Positions 39,742 to 49,064 of a stretch of 64,000 nucleotides of DNA are shown in pieces. Numbering within the stretch: the first letter of the stretch is position 1; each line of letters starts with the position of its first letter. The stretch comes from a virus (taxonomy: Duplodnaviria > Heunggongvirae > Uroviricota > Caudoviricetes): IMG/VR virus record IMGVR_UViG_2541047860_000002; one strand, written 5' to 3'. Position numbers and translations under genes: made by a program. A model generated the notes under the pieces. It was not told where the DNA came from, ran no database searches, and saw only the letters and a program-made list of their open reading frames with translations.

Positions 39742-39760
39742 GCCCCGGCCAGGCCGGGGC
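39742..39760 (-). terminator. rho-independent terminator
   Basis: GCCCCGGCC-A-GGCCGGGGC hairpin with T-run on the minus strand. Confidence 0.55.
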
Positions 39761-39768
39761 ATCACGCT

Positions 39769-39969
39769 TCAAGTCACGATCCAATCATTACCGACAATAT
39801 CAGCCGTCGATAAATCAACTTCCCGGATCTGGAGTCCATTAATACAAAACCATCCGGTAGTAGAGTAATTATCAGGCCAGGCCCATACACCAACACTCCA
39901 TGCTTTACGGCGGCACACTTCAGCCTGTCCTTCCCTGATTTTTTTTACCGCCTGCATGATGTCCATCAC
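39769..39969 (-). CDS. stand-alone DUF2829-like W-rich protein
   Basis: 66 aa homologous to the C-terminal extension of the 2387-3328 protein; start overlaps the stop of the upstream Rha-like gene. Confidence 0.5.
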   Translation of the reverse strand: MMDIMQAVKKIREGQAEVCRRKAWSVGVWAWPDNYSTTGWFCINGLQIREVDLSTADIVGNDWIVT

Positions 39970-40673
39970 TCACCTCCCCAACCGATCACCTGGAATTGCC
40001 CCATTTTTGGGTGATACCAACGTTTTCCTCGGTGTTCAGCCTCCGACATCATCCGGTTAAAAGCATTCATGAAGGGAGATAAGGCGACGATGGAACGACG
40101 CGACAATACCCCCTCTGGAGTTAAAAACTCATGTGTATCTGTGGGAATCCGGTAAGCGTTGACAAGGTTGCGGCATTTGGCTTCGGTCAGGCCGCATTTC
40201 GCCGCCAGCTGGCGGTAGCCAATGTAACCTTCCGGCATGTTGCCCTTCTTGATTTGCTCGACGGTTTCTACCACCTGGCTAACCTTTGACTCAACAACAT
40301 GAAGCCGCTTTTGCTGCTGAACTGCATTTGCAGCCATTGCGGCGATCATCTCTATTTCGGTCAACGGCTGGCGTACTTGTTCTTCCAGTTCGCGCCAGCG
40401 GTCCACCAGCCGGGCGGTGAATTCCGGAGAGAGCTGCGCAACGACAATGATACTGTCACGCTTGCCTTGTTCGCCTTCGAAGACGTAGTGTGAATTTTTA
40501 ACTTTAAATCCTAAGTTATTGATATTTTCGGAAACCTCCATTGGAGGAAGTGGAATAACACCTGATTTACTCAAGCGTTCAATAGTGCGTTTAACGTTAT
40601 CCGGGCGACTTCCCACCAGCTCCGCGATCTCAATGCTGGTCATTGATGGCTTTTCAAGAATGCAGATTTCCAT
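39966..40673 (-). CDS. Rha-family phage antirepressor-like protein
   Basis: 235 aa; paralogue of the N-terminal part of 2387-3328 with long stretches of near-identical DNA. Confidence 0.7.
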   Translation of the reverse strand: MEICILEKPSMTSIEIAELVGSRPDNVKRTIERLSKSGVIPLPPMEVSENINNLGFKVKNSHYVFEGEQGKRDSIIVVAQLSPEFTARLVDRWRELEEQVRQPLTEIEMIAAMAANAVQQQKRLHVVESKVSQVVETVEQIKKGNMPEGYIGYRQLAAKCGLTEAKCRNLVNAYRIPTDTHEFLTPEGVLSRRSIVALSPFMNAFNRMMSEAEHRGKRWYHPKMGQFQVIGWGGE

Positions 40674-40897
40674 CAGTGTGCCTCCGCAATTCCGGGATTG
40701 GTAATATTGCGATACCAGGGATTAGTGTTTGGTTGTGGGGAAGTAGAGAAACGACCAGTAAGAACACCATACTGATCAGGGATCAGAGAACGGGCTTCTT
40801 TTTCGGTTGCGGCAATTGCGAAGTGATCGCAGTGTTTTTGCAGGGAGTGGAAACGCCAGATGAATTCTGGACGTGAGCAAGGATTGGCATTAACCAT
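40673..40897 (-). CDS. small conserved prophage protein
   Basis: 74 aa; paralogue of 3328-3543. Confidence 0.5.
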   Translation of the reverse strand: MVNANPCSRPEFIWRFHSLQKHCDHFAIAATEKEARSLIPDQYGVLTGRFSTSPQPNTNPWYRNITNPGIAEAH

Positions 40898-41248
40898 AGT
40901 TACGGCCTCACTAACAGGTTTAACAACCTGCTACCCGCTGTCAAACAGGTGGCAGGACGTGACAGGGTTGACAGACTGGCGTTAGTGAAACCAGCAGGCC
41001 GAAGCCTCCCCATCACGCCCCACCATAATTCGGGCGTAACGCGGTTTACGGACACAAAAATACCGCAATATCGGAAATCTGCGGTTGTCCGCACTAACAT
41101 TCAGGCTGTCAAACCTGGTCGCAGAATTTGCTACGACGGCATGAATATAAGCCTGAAAACATGGAAGATCAACTAAAAAATTTCAGCAATGGATGACTTC
41201 AGTCGATGATGCAGATCATACATTCCGATTTAGAAACAGCAAATTAAT

Positions 41249-41257
41249 TTTCTAACA
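41249..41257 (-). promoter_or_regulatory. recurrent motif TTTCTAACA
   Basis: Intergenic, upstream (minus strand) of the antirepressor cassette. Confidence 0.35.
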
Positions 41258-41311
41258 CAAATCATCGAGCGAGCATTTTCCGATCATTGGGATGCTTTGT
41301 AGACACACAGG

Positions 41312-42274
41312 TCATCCCCTAAATCCCGCAGGGATTGACCAATCCTCCCGGTCAAATTCAGACCGATAGCCACGTTGTTTCATCAGGTCAAAGGCTTCAC
41401 CAATGGTTACACACCCCTGGGAGCCAGAATAATCCATTGAGAAATCCAGGGCACTGGATTGTTTAGGCTTATTCACTGCGGTAGCGGCACTACGTATCCA
41501 TGCAAATTTTTTTGCCAGCTTTTCAGCGGTACGATACAGAGCCTGCCGTTTTGCGTGCCCCTCGTCTGAACGACGCTTTGCAGCTCTCGCTTTTGCCGCC
41601 GCCAGGCAGTGGTTGGTATGTTCTTCCCTGATTACTGTTTTTTTATCCAGTCCCCCATTATCCGCTTGAGTACTATCTGCTGGTGAAGCCTTTGGCTGAA
41701 CCGCGCATGATCTTTCTCTTCTTTTGGCTATAGAGTGACTCTTATTTTCTATTGGCTGTTCATTTTGAACATGGGGGGACTTGTTCAATTTGAACAGGGG
41801 GTTCCCAGTTTCAAAAAAATAACGTACCTTTGAAATCAATTGCTTAACCAGCTTTGTGGCGTTGGCAAATTTGATGCCCTGCTTACCCCCTATCTCCATT
41901 GCTACATGAATGAAGTGGAGAAATTGTGTCGTAAACCGATATACGTTACACACCTGGGCATTGTTATTCGCTACCTGATGTTGCTTAACAAGCATTCCGC
42001 ACTTCGTCGCTTCAGCAAATGCCCGGCGCACAGTAGAAATGCTGCGTCCTGTAATCTCGGACATATCAGCATATGAGCGACGGATCATGTATTCATCGGT
42101 AGACCCTGCCAGGTTGGCGAACTCGGCAATAATGGCGCTATGTGAAGGGGAAAGAAGACCGCTATGACGAGCAAAAAAACTCAACTGATGACCTTTGATT
42201 TTTTTGTGGTATTCAGTGTTGTTTTTATACTCAGAAGTGTTGAAAGTTACTGAAACTGAATTTAAAATACTCAC
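41312..42274 (-). CDS. HTH-containing protein, possibly RepL-like replication initiator
   Basis: 320 aa with an HTH segment (ADMSEITGRSISTVRRAFAEATKCGML) resembling RepL-family initiators; recurrent motif upstream. Confidence 0.4.
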   Translation of the reverse strand: MSILNSVSVTFNTSEYKNNTEYHKKIKGHQLSFFARHSGLLSPSHSAIIAEFANLAGSTDEYMIRRSYADMSEITGRSISTVRRAFAEATKCGMLVKQHQVANNNAQVCNVYRFTTQFLHFIHVAMEIGGKQGIKFANATKLVKQLISKVRYFFETGNPLFKLNKSPHVQNEQPIENKSHSIAKRRERSCAVQPKASPADSTQADNGGLDKKTVIREEHTNHCLAAAKARAAKRRSDEGHAKRQALYRTAEKLAKKFAWIRSAATAVNKPKQSSALDFSMDYSGSQGCVTIGEAFDLMKQRGYRSEFDREDWSIPAGFRG

Positions 42275-42447
42275 CAGATAGTTCCGTGAAAAAATCTATC
42301 TACCGTATAAATCTATGGCAGTGGATTTATACACCCAAAAAGCCGCTTCTCAGCGGCTTTTGCTTTTTTGGCAGTCGCTACCGGAGCAGTGACCGCGATC
42401 CTACTCGATCCCATCCACCAGGATCAACAGTGTATATAAATACACTA

Positions 42448-42464
42448 TGTTAGAAATTTAACTT
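42448..42464 (+). promoter_or_regulatory. recurrent motif TGTTAGAAATTTAACTT
   Basis: Preceded by a 16-bp near-palindrome GTGTATATAAATACAC; about 170 bp upstream of the 41312-42274 gene on the minus strand. Confidence 0.4.
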
Positions 42465-42474
42465 AACAAGGCGG

Positions 42475-43473
42475 TTACCCCCTTCTAGAAACGAAGAGTA
42501 ACGGGGTGGTGTTTTTGTTCTCCTTCGGTGATAACTCTGGTTCTTTCTTGCCTGATACCGGTAAGCCATAAGTAGCATTTGCCCCAAGAGATTCAAGCAT
42601 CGCAGCCACTATGCGGGCATCATCTTCAGACTGCATACGGCAGAGCGCCCGGCGCTGTTCTGCGCTGATAAAAACAGGCATTTCCTGGATAGCGTCACGC
42701 AAAATCCGGCGGCATTGCTTTGCATTTTCCCCCTGGCTTTCCATCATCGCTGTTTGAGCGCGCAGCTTATCTCGAAGCTGTATGTTTTCCACTTCAAGGA
42801 GCATCAATTCTGATTCCAGGGCTTCACGATGTGCAGATTCGAGCATGGCTTGCTGATTTTTCATTGCTGAAAAGTGGTGAACCAGATCCGTAGCAGCGTT
42901 ATCGGTAAAACCTTGTTCGATAAGTGCTGCATGAATAGCCGCATCGCGCTCTTCTGCTGATTCAAGCATCAGGCTTTTCTTGTCGAGGCTGATATAGTTA
43001 GGCACAGTTACGTAATCAAAGCCGTGGAAAGACTTTACCAGGGATACCGATGAATCTGGACCAGATGTAGCCCACGACCAACCACCAGCACCAGAATTAA
43101 TCATGCCCTGAACAATACGCCCGGTGTCTGTATCCAGTATTTCCTGCGTATGCGTAACAATGCCGTTGTCGTCAATCGAAATGTCGATAGTCCTGTTTGA
43201 CGGCACGTTCTCCAATACAACAGGCTTCCCATCTACCATCACAACAGAGACTTCCGGCAAGTTCAGGCTTTTCGTTTTGTTATAGTGCATCGCCCGGCGA
43301 CCATGACCGTAATAACCATACATCTCACCCAGCGCGATACGCTCTTTTGTTTCTGGCGAGTTGAATGTGTCTCGTACCGACTGAATGACATAATTTCGGT
43401 TGTTCTGCGGTGTGTGTTTGCGGATTTTCTCCACCAGGGAGAAGCGATCCGTAACAGTATTCAGTGATTGCAT
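42475..43473 (-). CDS. phage morphogenesis protein (possible head protease/scaffold)
   Basis: 332 aa directly downstream of the putative portal gene; C-terminal coiled coil; assignment positional. Confidence 0.35.
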   Translation of the reverse strand: MQSLNTVTDRFSLVEKIRKHTPQNNRNYVIQSVRDTFNSPETKERIALGEMYGYYGHGRRAMHYNKTKSLNLPEVSVVMVDGKPVVLENVPSNRTIDISIDDNGIVTHTQEILDTDTGRIVQGMINSGAGGWSWATSGPDSSVSLVKSFHGFDYVTVPNYISLDKKSLMLESAEERDAAIHAALIEQGFTDNAATDLVHHFSAMKNQQAMLESAHREALESELMLLEVENIQLRDKLRAQTAMMESQGENAKQCRRILRDAIQEMPVFISAEQRRALCRMQSEDDARIVAAMLESLGANATYGLPVSGKKEPELSPKENKNTTPLLFVSRRG

Positions 43474-43486
43474 TATTTCCCTCCGG

Positions 43487-45169
43487 TTAATTGCTCATCA
43501 CAAATTTTGCAAAGTTTATTAACTGTTCTGGCGTCCAGTTTTCCGGATCGTCACCGGACGACAACGGCGCGGATTCGTACATACCATGCTCGTTGTTTTG
43601 CTCTGATTCATTCGCCTTAAACTCTTTGATCATGGTGTTGAGAGTGTCATCGTCGATGTGCAACTGCTCAGTGAACAGATAACGCATAAACGCGTCACTA
43701 CCAGCCAGTTTCGGGTTGTTCTGGATCTGGTCCATAATTTGGGAGATGACAGCAACAAAGTTGGCGCGTGCATCCAGTTCTCGGTTTTCCTCTTCCTGGA
43801 TAGCAGTGTTCATTGAGTTGAATTGCACGTCATAAGGGCGGTTTGTTTCGGTGTAAACCTTGCCGTATTTATAAGCGAGGTGAATGTCCAGAAGCCGATA
43901 AATAGTTCGCTGGGCGGCCTGTCTGATCCAGTTCGCACGCAATGCAGCCTGGATAGCAGTTTGCTGCCAGCCGCCTTCTCCAAGCCCTCCGCTCATCTGA
44001 TCAGCCCAGCCAAGCATTGTTGCGTCAATGCCGAGGCTTGCAGCAAGCTGCCGGAGGTGAAACATAACGTCTTCGATACCACTGATATCTGCGGGTATGG
44101 ATTGCGTATCAATGGTGATGCCGTTCTTCCCGTCTCCCATAACAGGTATCAGATGGTTAAGCACAGTCGGAATAGCGTTGGCATTAATCGACCTTTGCGC
44201 CACCAGGTCACTATGACGCTTCAATGCCTGGCTGACGCCACGCGTATAGTTCGCCGCATTAACCGGGTCCAGTGTGTTCGTCGTAAGAGCAATCAGGCGG
44301 TCAATTTTGGCTGCATTATTTCGCGTTGATTTCAGCGCGGCGAGCGCAGCACATAAATTCAGGTAAGGTTCATAGCTGTATTCAAGGAATGAAGTTCCGT
44401 AATTCTGCGTCTCCATTAACGGCTTATCAGCCTGCTCACTTAACAGTGAGTACCCTTTTGTGCCGTAGCTGACCGGAATAACTTTATGCTGCGGCGTCCA
44501 ATAGGGATTTTTCATGGAAACCAGATTCCACGGTTCGGTTATTACTCTGCGCAAACTATGCGTATCCAGGATGTAATCACCACTGAAACCTACCAGCTGG
44601 CTACCACGATAAAACTCCTGGACGAAGTGTGGCAGAGTGTAATAACTGGACTCAATGCCTGTTATCCCCCTGCCCTGTTCAGCATAAGGGCGGACATAAG
44701 ACACCCCAAAGATAGCCATAATCATGGCCCATGAAGGAAGTCCGTCATTAATCATCGCCCCCAAATCAGCGGTTAACTCTTCACATCTACTTACTGCCTC
44801 GGCATCGGAACCATCCTTTGGCGAAAGGATGAATGCTTGTCCGGTTTTTTTTGAAGGCGCAAGCGCATGTGCAATGTGAATGTTTAAAGCCGTCGAGATA
44901 GTCGGGCTTTTAGCCATCGTTTCCAGGATGTTGTACTTTTGCAGGCGCTCGCCGGGCAGTTCAGCGGATAAAGAAATTGAATCTGCTGCACTCGTCATGC
45001 CATCGCTATTGCTCCCCAGGATGCCTGGACGTAAAGCAGACAGGCCGGAACGAGCAACGACACTATGTCCGCTCGTAAAAACGACCGGATCGGCGGGCGT
45101 AACATCACCACCGTTGAAGGCTTTCTTCAATGCTGACAGAAAGCCTTTGTTTTTGTCTTTCGTTGCCAT
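43487..45169 (-). CDS. phage structural protein, possible portal
   Basis: 560 aa; size and position between accessory virion genes and head-processing gene; no motif confirmed. Confidence 0.4.
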   Translation of the reverse strand: MATKDKNKGFLSALKKAFNGGDVTPADPVVFTSGHSVVARSGLSALRPGILGSNSDGMTSAADSISLSAELPGERLQKYNILETMAKSPTISTALNIHIAHALAPSKKTGQAFILSPKDGSDAEAVSRCEELTADLGAMINDGLPSWAMIMAIFGVSYVRPYAEQGRGITGIESSYYTLPHFVQEFYRGSQLVGFSGDYILDTHSLRRVITEPWNLVSMKNPYWTPQHKVIPVSYGTKGYSLLSEQADKPLMETQNYGTSFLEYSYEPYLNLCAALAALKSTRNNAAKIDRLIALTTNTLDPVNAANYTRGVSQALKRHSDLVAQRSINANAIPTVLNHLIPVMGDGKNGITIDTQSIPADISGIEDVMFHLRQLAASLGIDATMLGWADQMSGGLGEGGWQQTAIQAALRANWIRQAAQRTIYRLLDIHLAYKYGKVYTETNRPYDVQFNSMNTAIQEEENRELDARANFVAVISQIMDQIQNNPKLAGSDAFMRYLFTEQLHIDDDTLNTMIKEFKANESEQNNEHGMYESAPLSSGDDPENWTPEQLINFAKFVMSN

Positions 45170-45233
45170 GAATCACCGCAAATTGTTTCCAGTTTTGCGG
45201 CAGCATAATCAGTATGTGATTTCAGCGGTTGGT

Positions 45234-46631
45234 TTAGTTTTCCGTACGGCAATTATTTAGAACTGTAGAATTTTCAAACATAGCAAAGTTCAGACCTTTC
45301 CCTTCGCCAAATTCACCCTCAATTTCATCAGATACAGCAGACAAAATACAACGCAGATCAACATCGCCACCGCCGAACATATCGCCCAATGCCTGTTGTT
45401 TATGAGTCAGCTCGTCGTTGATTTTTTGCGCCATTTTTTTGAATGCTGCCCCCATACGCTTCGCACTGCGATTATTTGCTACGATGAATAGCGCCAATGC
45501 CTCAGCTTCCGGTGTACTGTCGCCGAATAACCCCCTTTGGGCGATCACTTCTTCAACGGCCTGACCGTTGTCTTTGGCTTCACGTACAAGATTAATTGCT
45601 TCCTGGAGTGCTGCTATCGCCTGTGTATCCAGGCCATTAACCTGCTCTATACCGTCCACTAAGCCTGTTACTGCGTCATGGTGAGCGTCGCCAGACAGCG
45701 ACTGCATTTGCGCAAAATCGCTGGCTGCCGTATTTAATGCGGTCAGGATATTACGCATTTCCGGATCTGGCTCTTCCGACACCAGCCGAACAAGCCTTTC
45801 ATCCTTGTACGCTTTGGCAAAAATTGCATTCTGGATGCGATCGATAAGCTGTTTCGTGGGACGCCCATCGGCAGTAAGCAAGCCTGCCGTCGCTGTATCG
45901 CCAATTTCGCACAAAAACGCACGAATAAACGCATCATTGGACCGCGCCAGCAGATTTCCATCATCTGAAGGATTAAATAGCGCCATGACGCTCTCAGTGA
46001 GAAATTGCGCATCCGCATACGCTTTTTCACTTGCTGCCATCTCTTGCAGATCGCTAATGTTTGAATCGCGGGCAAATTGAGCGCGGTCTACATCTGTGAG
46101 TCTTTCTCGCACCAGTACGGGCATAGACATTTGCGAAATTTCGTCAGGATTCAGACCAAACTCTTTCGCATGGTCGATCAGGTACTGGCGATACTCATCC
46201 GCCTGTCCTTGCTCATAGGCACGCCAGATACCCATACTCCTTCCGTTGCCGGATTCAACAACGTTGTCCGGACCAACTATCGGCGCTCCGTGGCTGCTCA
46301 TACCGGAATCCGTTAATTGTGCCGGGCGTAAATTGGAGGCAATACGGTTAACCTGGAGTTTGCTGGATAGCCGGGTACGATCTCGTGGTTGGAGTTCTTC
46401 CGGGAAGGCCGGGTTAATCGTACCGTCAAGGTTGTTCGAAATGATCAGACTGCTGGCATCAACGACCTTAAAAGCCGTCTTTACCTCTGCACCTTTGCTG
46501 GTGACTACGTAGCTACTTCGCCCCAAGCGTGTTTCTTTCCTCTCTAATGAAGAAACCAGAGCAATGACGCTGTTAATATCTGTGGCCCCGGAAAGCGCAG
46601 AAGTAACTGATTTGTTCAAAATACACTCCAA
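45234..46631 (-). CDS. ParB N-terminal domain-like protein
   Basis: 465 aa with ESGNGRSMG resembling the ParB/Srx nuclease-fold motif. Confidence 0.45.
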   Translation of the reverse strand: MECILNKSVTSALSGATDINSVIALVSSLERKETRLGRSSYVVTSKGAEVKTAFKVVDASSLIISNNLDGTINPAFPEELQPRDRTRLSSKLQVNRIASNLRPAQLTDSGMSSHGAPIVGPDNVVESGNGRSMGIWRAYEQGQADEYRQYLIDHAKEFGLNPDEISQMSMPVLVRERLTDVDRAQFARDSNISDLQEMAASEKAYADAQFLTESVMALFNPSDDGNLLARSNDAFIRAFLCEIGDTATAGLLTADGRPTKQLIDRIQNAIFAKAYKDERLVRLVSEEPDPEMRNILTALNTAASDFAQMQSLSGDAHHDAVTGLVDGIEQVNGLDTQAIAALQEAINLVREAKDNGQAVEEVIAQRGLFGDSTPEAEALALFIVANNRSAKRMGAAFKKMAQKINDELTHKQQALGDMFGGGDVDLRCILSAVSDEIEGEFGEGKGLNFAMFENSTVLNNCRTEN

Positions 46632-46713
46632 CTATAGAGAAAGCTGTGAGTGTAAAAAGTGTGTGATTTATGTGAGAACAGATAAGTAAAAGGGGCATTT
46701 CAGCCCCTTTTGA

Positions 46714-47082
46714 TTACCCGGCATAACCGTTAGCTTTCACCCAGCTTATGGTCTGCTCTTTAGCCTGCTCCAACGTAAGGAACTCGCCAACATAGTTTGA
46801 GATCCCACGCAGCGCATCAATAAATTCCATTTGTGTGGACTTTGTGAACACACCGCCCAGGAAGTCAGTCACTATCTTAGGGACTTCATCTACAACAGGA
46901 TCAGCCTGTTGTTGCGGTTCCGCTGCCGGTTGCGCGGCAGTCCCCAGGCCCAATTTCAGCATCACATCAACAATCTGCTTACCAATGGTGACGCGTTGCA
47001 ATACTGGCGCAGTTTTCTGCGCCTGCATTAGATCTGATAGCTCTTTACCTAATTTCAGGCGGTCTAAAACAGAGATGGTCAT
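46714..47082 (-). CDS. hypothetical protein
   Basis: 122 aa, translationally coupled to the upstream 660-aa gene. Confidence 0.4.
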   Translation of the reverse strand: MTISVLDRLKLGKELSDLMQAQKTAPVLQRVTIGKQIVDVMLKLGLGTAAQPAAEPQQQADPVVDEVPKIVTDFLGGVFTKSTQMEFIDALRGISNYVGEFLTLEQAKEQTISWVKANGYAG

Positions 47083-49064
47083 TAAACACCTCCCTGCTGA
47101 ATTTCAGCCAGAATATTGATCAGGTAGTCAACTGCTGCACCCACAGTGGCTTCGTTCTCGTCGTATCGACCTGCACTGATTAGAGCGTTTGCTGCTTCCT
47201 GCACATGATCAAGTTCAGCACTGATGACCGTCAGATCGCGGGATGTAAACTGCTCCGGCACGGATTTCAGGTACTCCAGCGCTTTATCTGCTTCCTGATC
47301 AGCTTCACTTGCTGATTCACCCGCTTCTTCTGGCTCCGACTCCTGTTCTGGTGCTGGTTGTGGTTGTGGTTGTGGTTGTGGTTGTGATTCTGGCTCAACC
47401 ACATGCTCTGTTTTTACTTCGCTTGAATGATTTTGAAGGGCGTTATACACGTCCATAATGAAAAGGTTCTCCCCATCACTAAGTGGATACGCCACGTTTG
47501 GAAACGCTTTGCGGAAAAGAATTTTCACTTGCGCCTTGAATGTTTTCAGGTCACTGCCAAACAGGTCCACATAGCCATCAATATGTTTCGACATGCTGGA
47601 CGCAACCAATTGGCCTGCAAAATCTTTCAGCTCATCTTCATCAGGAAGATAAAGCAACTCGTACTGGCTGACTTCTTCATCTGTCAGTTTACGGTCATAC
47701 GTAATGATACCGTGACGAGCATATTCGTAATACTGATCAGCCTGGTCAGGACGATCAAGCACGGCTTTATTTCCATCCGGAACAGCACCAACACCAGCTG
47801 GGCGAGATTGAAGTGCATAGTGGTATTTACCTACATCTTGGCTCTCTGGTTGTAATACTGGGTTCGTTTCGGGGTCTGTCTGTGGTGGCTCGGAGTCTTC
47901 CAACTGGCCTGGTAACACATCAACTTTATATTTATTTGCGTTATGCTCTCGGTAGGCTTTAAGTAATTTGGTTGCAGCATCTGCCAAACTGCCTCCTTTG
48001 ACAGCACTGGCATCAATACTGAATTTACCTTCAGGTGCTACTATCGTAACGAAATTGTCACTGCCGGACGTGACATAATTAACTTCAGCGCCATTATCCA
48101 GCACTGTTTTTCCGTCAATGGCAAGATTATGTTTTACATGTCGCAGCTGGTCACTAAACGCTCGTTCTTTCGTTTTTTCACCTTTAGCAGACAACAATTT
48201 ATCGCGTTTTGCTTGTAATTCCGCGTTGATGGCTTTCTGGGCATCAAGTTTTTTTTGCATCTCCGTAAGAGCAGCACGCTTTTCAGTCAGCCCACGTTGC
48301 GCAACGTCCACCTGATCAATCATTATTGACCGTTCTTCTGCCAGTTTATCTGCTTCATTGAGATAACTCTCAATATCTGCCTTCATTTTGTCCTGGCGCT
48401 CTTTTGCTTTCTTAAATTTTTCGCTGTTACGCTCAATCAAATTAGATAGCGCCTGACATACTTGGCTTAAAGAAACATCTCTCCCACCAATCGGGGCGAC
48501 AACGTGAGTTACGTTACGCTTATTAAGTAAAAACTGAAATGCAACAAGCTCGTCGTTACTCTTTATTTTTGCCCCATCAGCTGTTGGAGAGTGGAAAATT
48601 ATGCTTGTGCTCTGCCCGTCAGTAAGCGGTATCTGCGCGGTCAAAACAGGGATATTAGCTACCCGACGTACACGACCGATAATTGCACCACCAATACAAT
48701 TACGTCCATTTTCATCGGTCCCAGCTTCATCAGTCCCTGCCATAATATTCGTACCATTCAGGCCACGATTCAGCGCACGGACGAAAGCTCGCATTGTTTG
48801 AGCTAACCGAATTCTGGTTGTAGTTATGGACTCAAACATAGCTTCGTCAGACACAACCAGAATTTCATTGCCCATATAGGCAAGCTCAATATCTTCTAAG
48901 GTCGCCGCCTCAAAAATCAGGTCATCTTCGCTTAATTCTTCTGAAGACCAGCGACTTGGCATATAGCCGGGGATCGTATCAGCAAAAGTAGACTGAATAT
49001 TAATTCGTAAAGGATTGTTAATCATGCTCATCCTCCAGGCGCGCGATTTCTTCTTTAAGAGCAC
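47082..49064 (-). CDS. large virion-associated coiled-coil protein (possibly DarA-like)
   Basis: 660 aa with central coiled coil and a (QP)5 repeat; follows the holin-like pair as darA does in P1; assignment positional. Confidence 0.45.
   Translation of the reverse strand: MLLKKKSRAWRMSMINNPLRINIQSTFADTIPGYMPSRWSSEELSEDDLIFEAATLEDIELAYMGNEILVVSDEAMFESITTTRIRLAQTMRAFVRALNRGLNGTNIMAGTDEAGTDENGRNCIGGAIIGRVRRVANIPVLTAQIPLTDGQSTSIIFHSPTADGAKIKSNDELVAFQFLLNKRNVTHVVAPIGGRDVSLSQVCQALSNLIERNSEKFKKAKERQDKMKADIESYLNEADKLAEERSIMIDQVDVAQRGLTEKRAALTEMQKKLDAQKAINAELQAKRDKLLSAKGEKTKERAFSDQLRHVKHNLAIDGKTVLDNGAEVNYVTSGSDNFVTIVAPEGKFSIDASAVKGGSLADAATKLLKAYREHNANKYKVDVLPGQLEDSEPPQTDPETNPVLQPESQDVGKYHYALQSRPAGVGAVPDGNKAVLDRPDQADQYYEYARHGIITYDRKLTDEEVSQYELLYLPDEDELKDFAGQLVASSMSKHIDGYVDLFGSDLKTFKAQVKILFRKAFPNVAYPLSDGENLFIMDVYNALQNHSSEVKTEHVVEPESQPQPQPQPQPAPEQESEPEEAGESASEADQEADKALEYLKSVPEQFTSRDLTVISAELDHVQEAANALISAGRYDENEATVGAAVDYLINILAEIQQGGV
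47356..47385. repeat. hexanucleotide tandem repeat (TGGTTG)x5
   Basis: Five perfect copies encoding (QP)5 on the minus strand within the 660-aa gene. Confidence 0.9.

Noticed and set aside
47356-47385. Possible CRISPR array or other spacer-repeat structure
   Set aside because: Only a 6-bp tandem repeat in coding sequence; no repeat-spacer periodicity or cas genes anywhere in the window.
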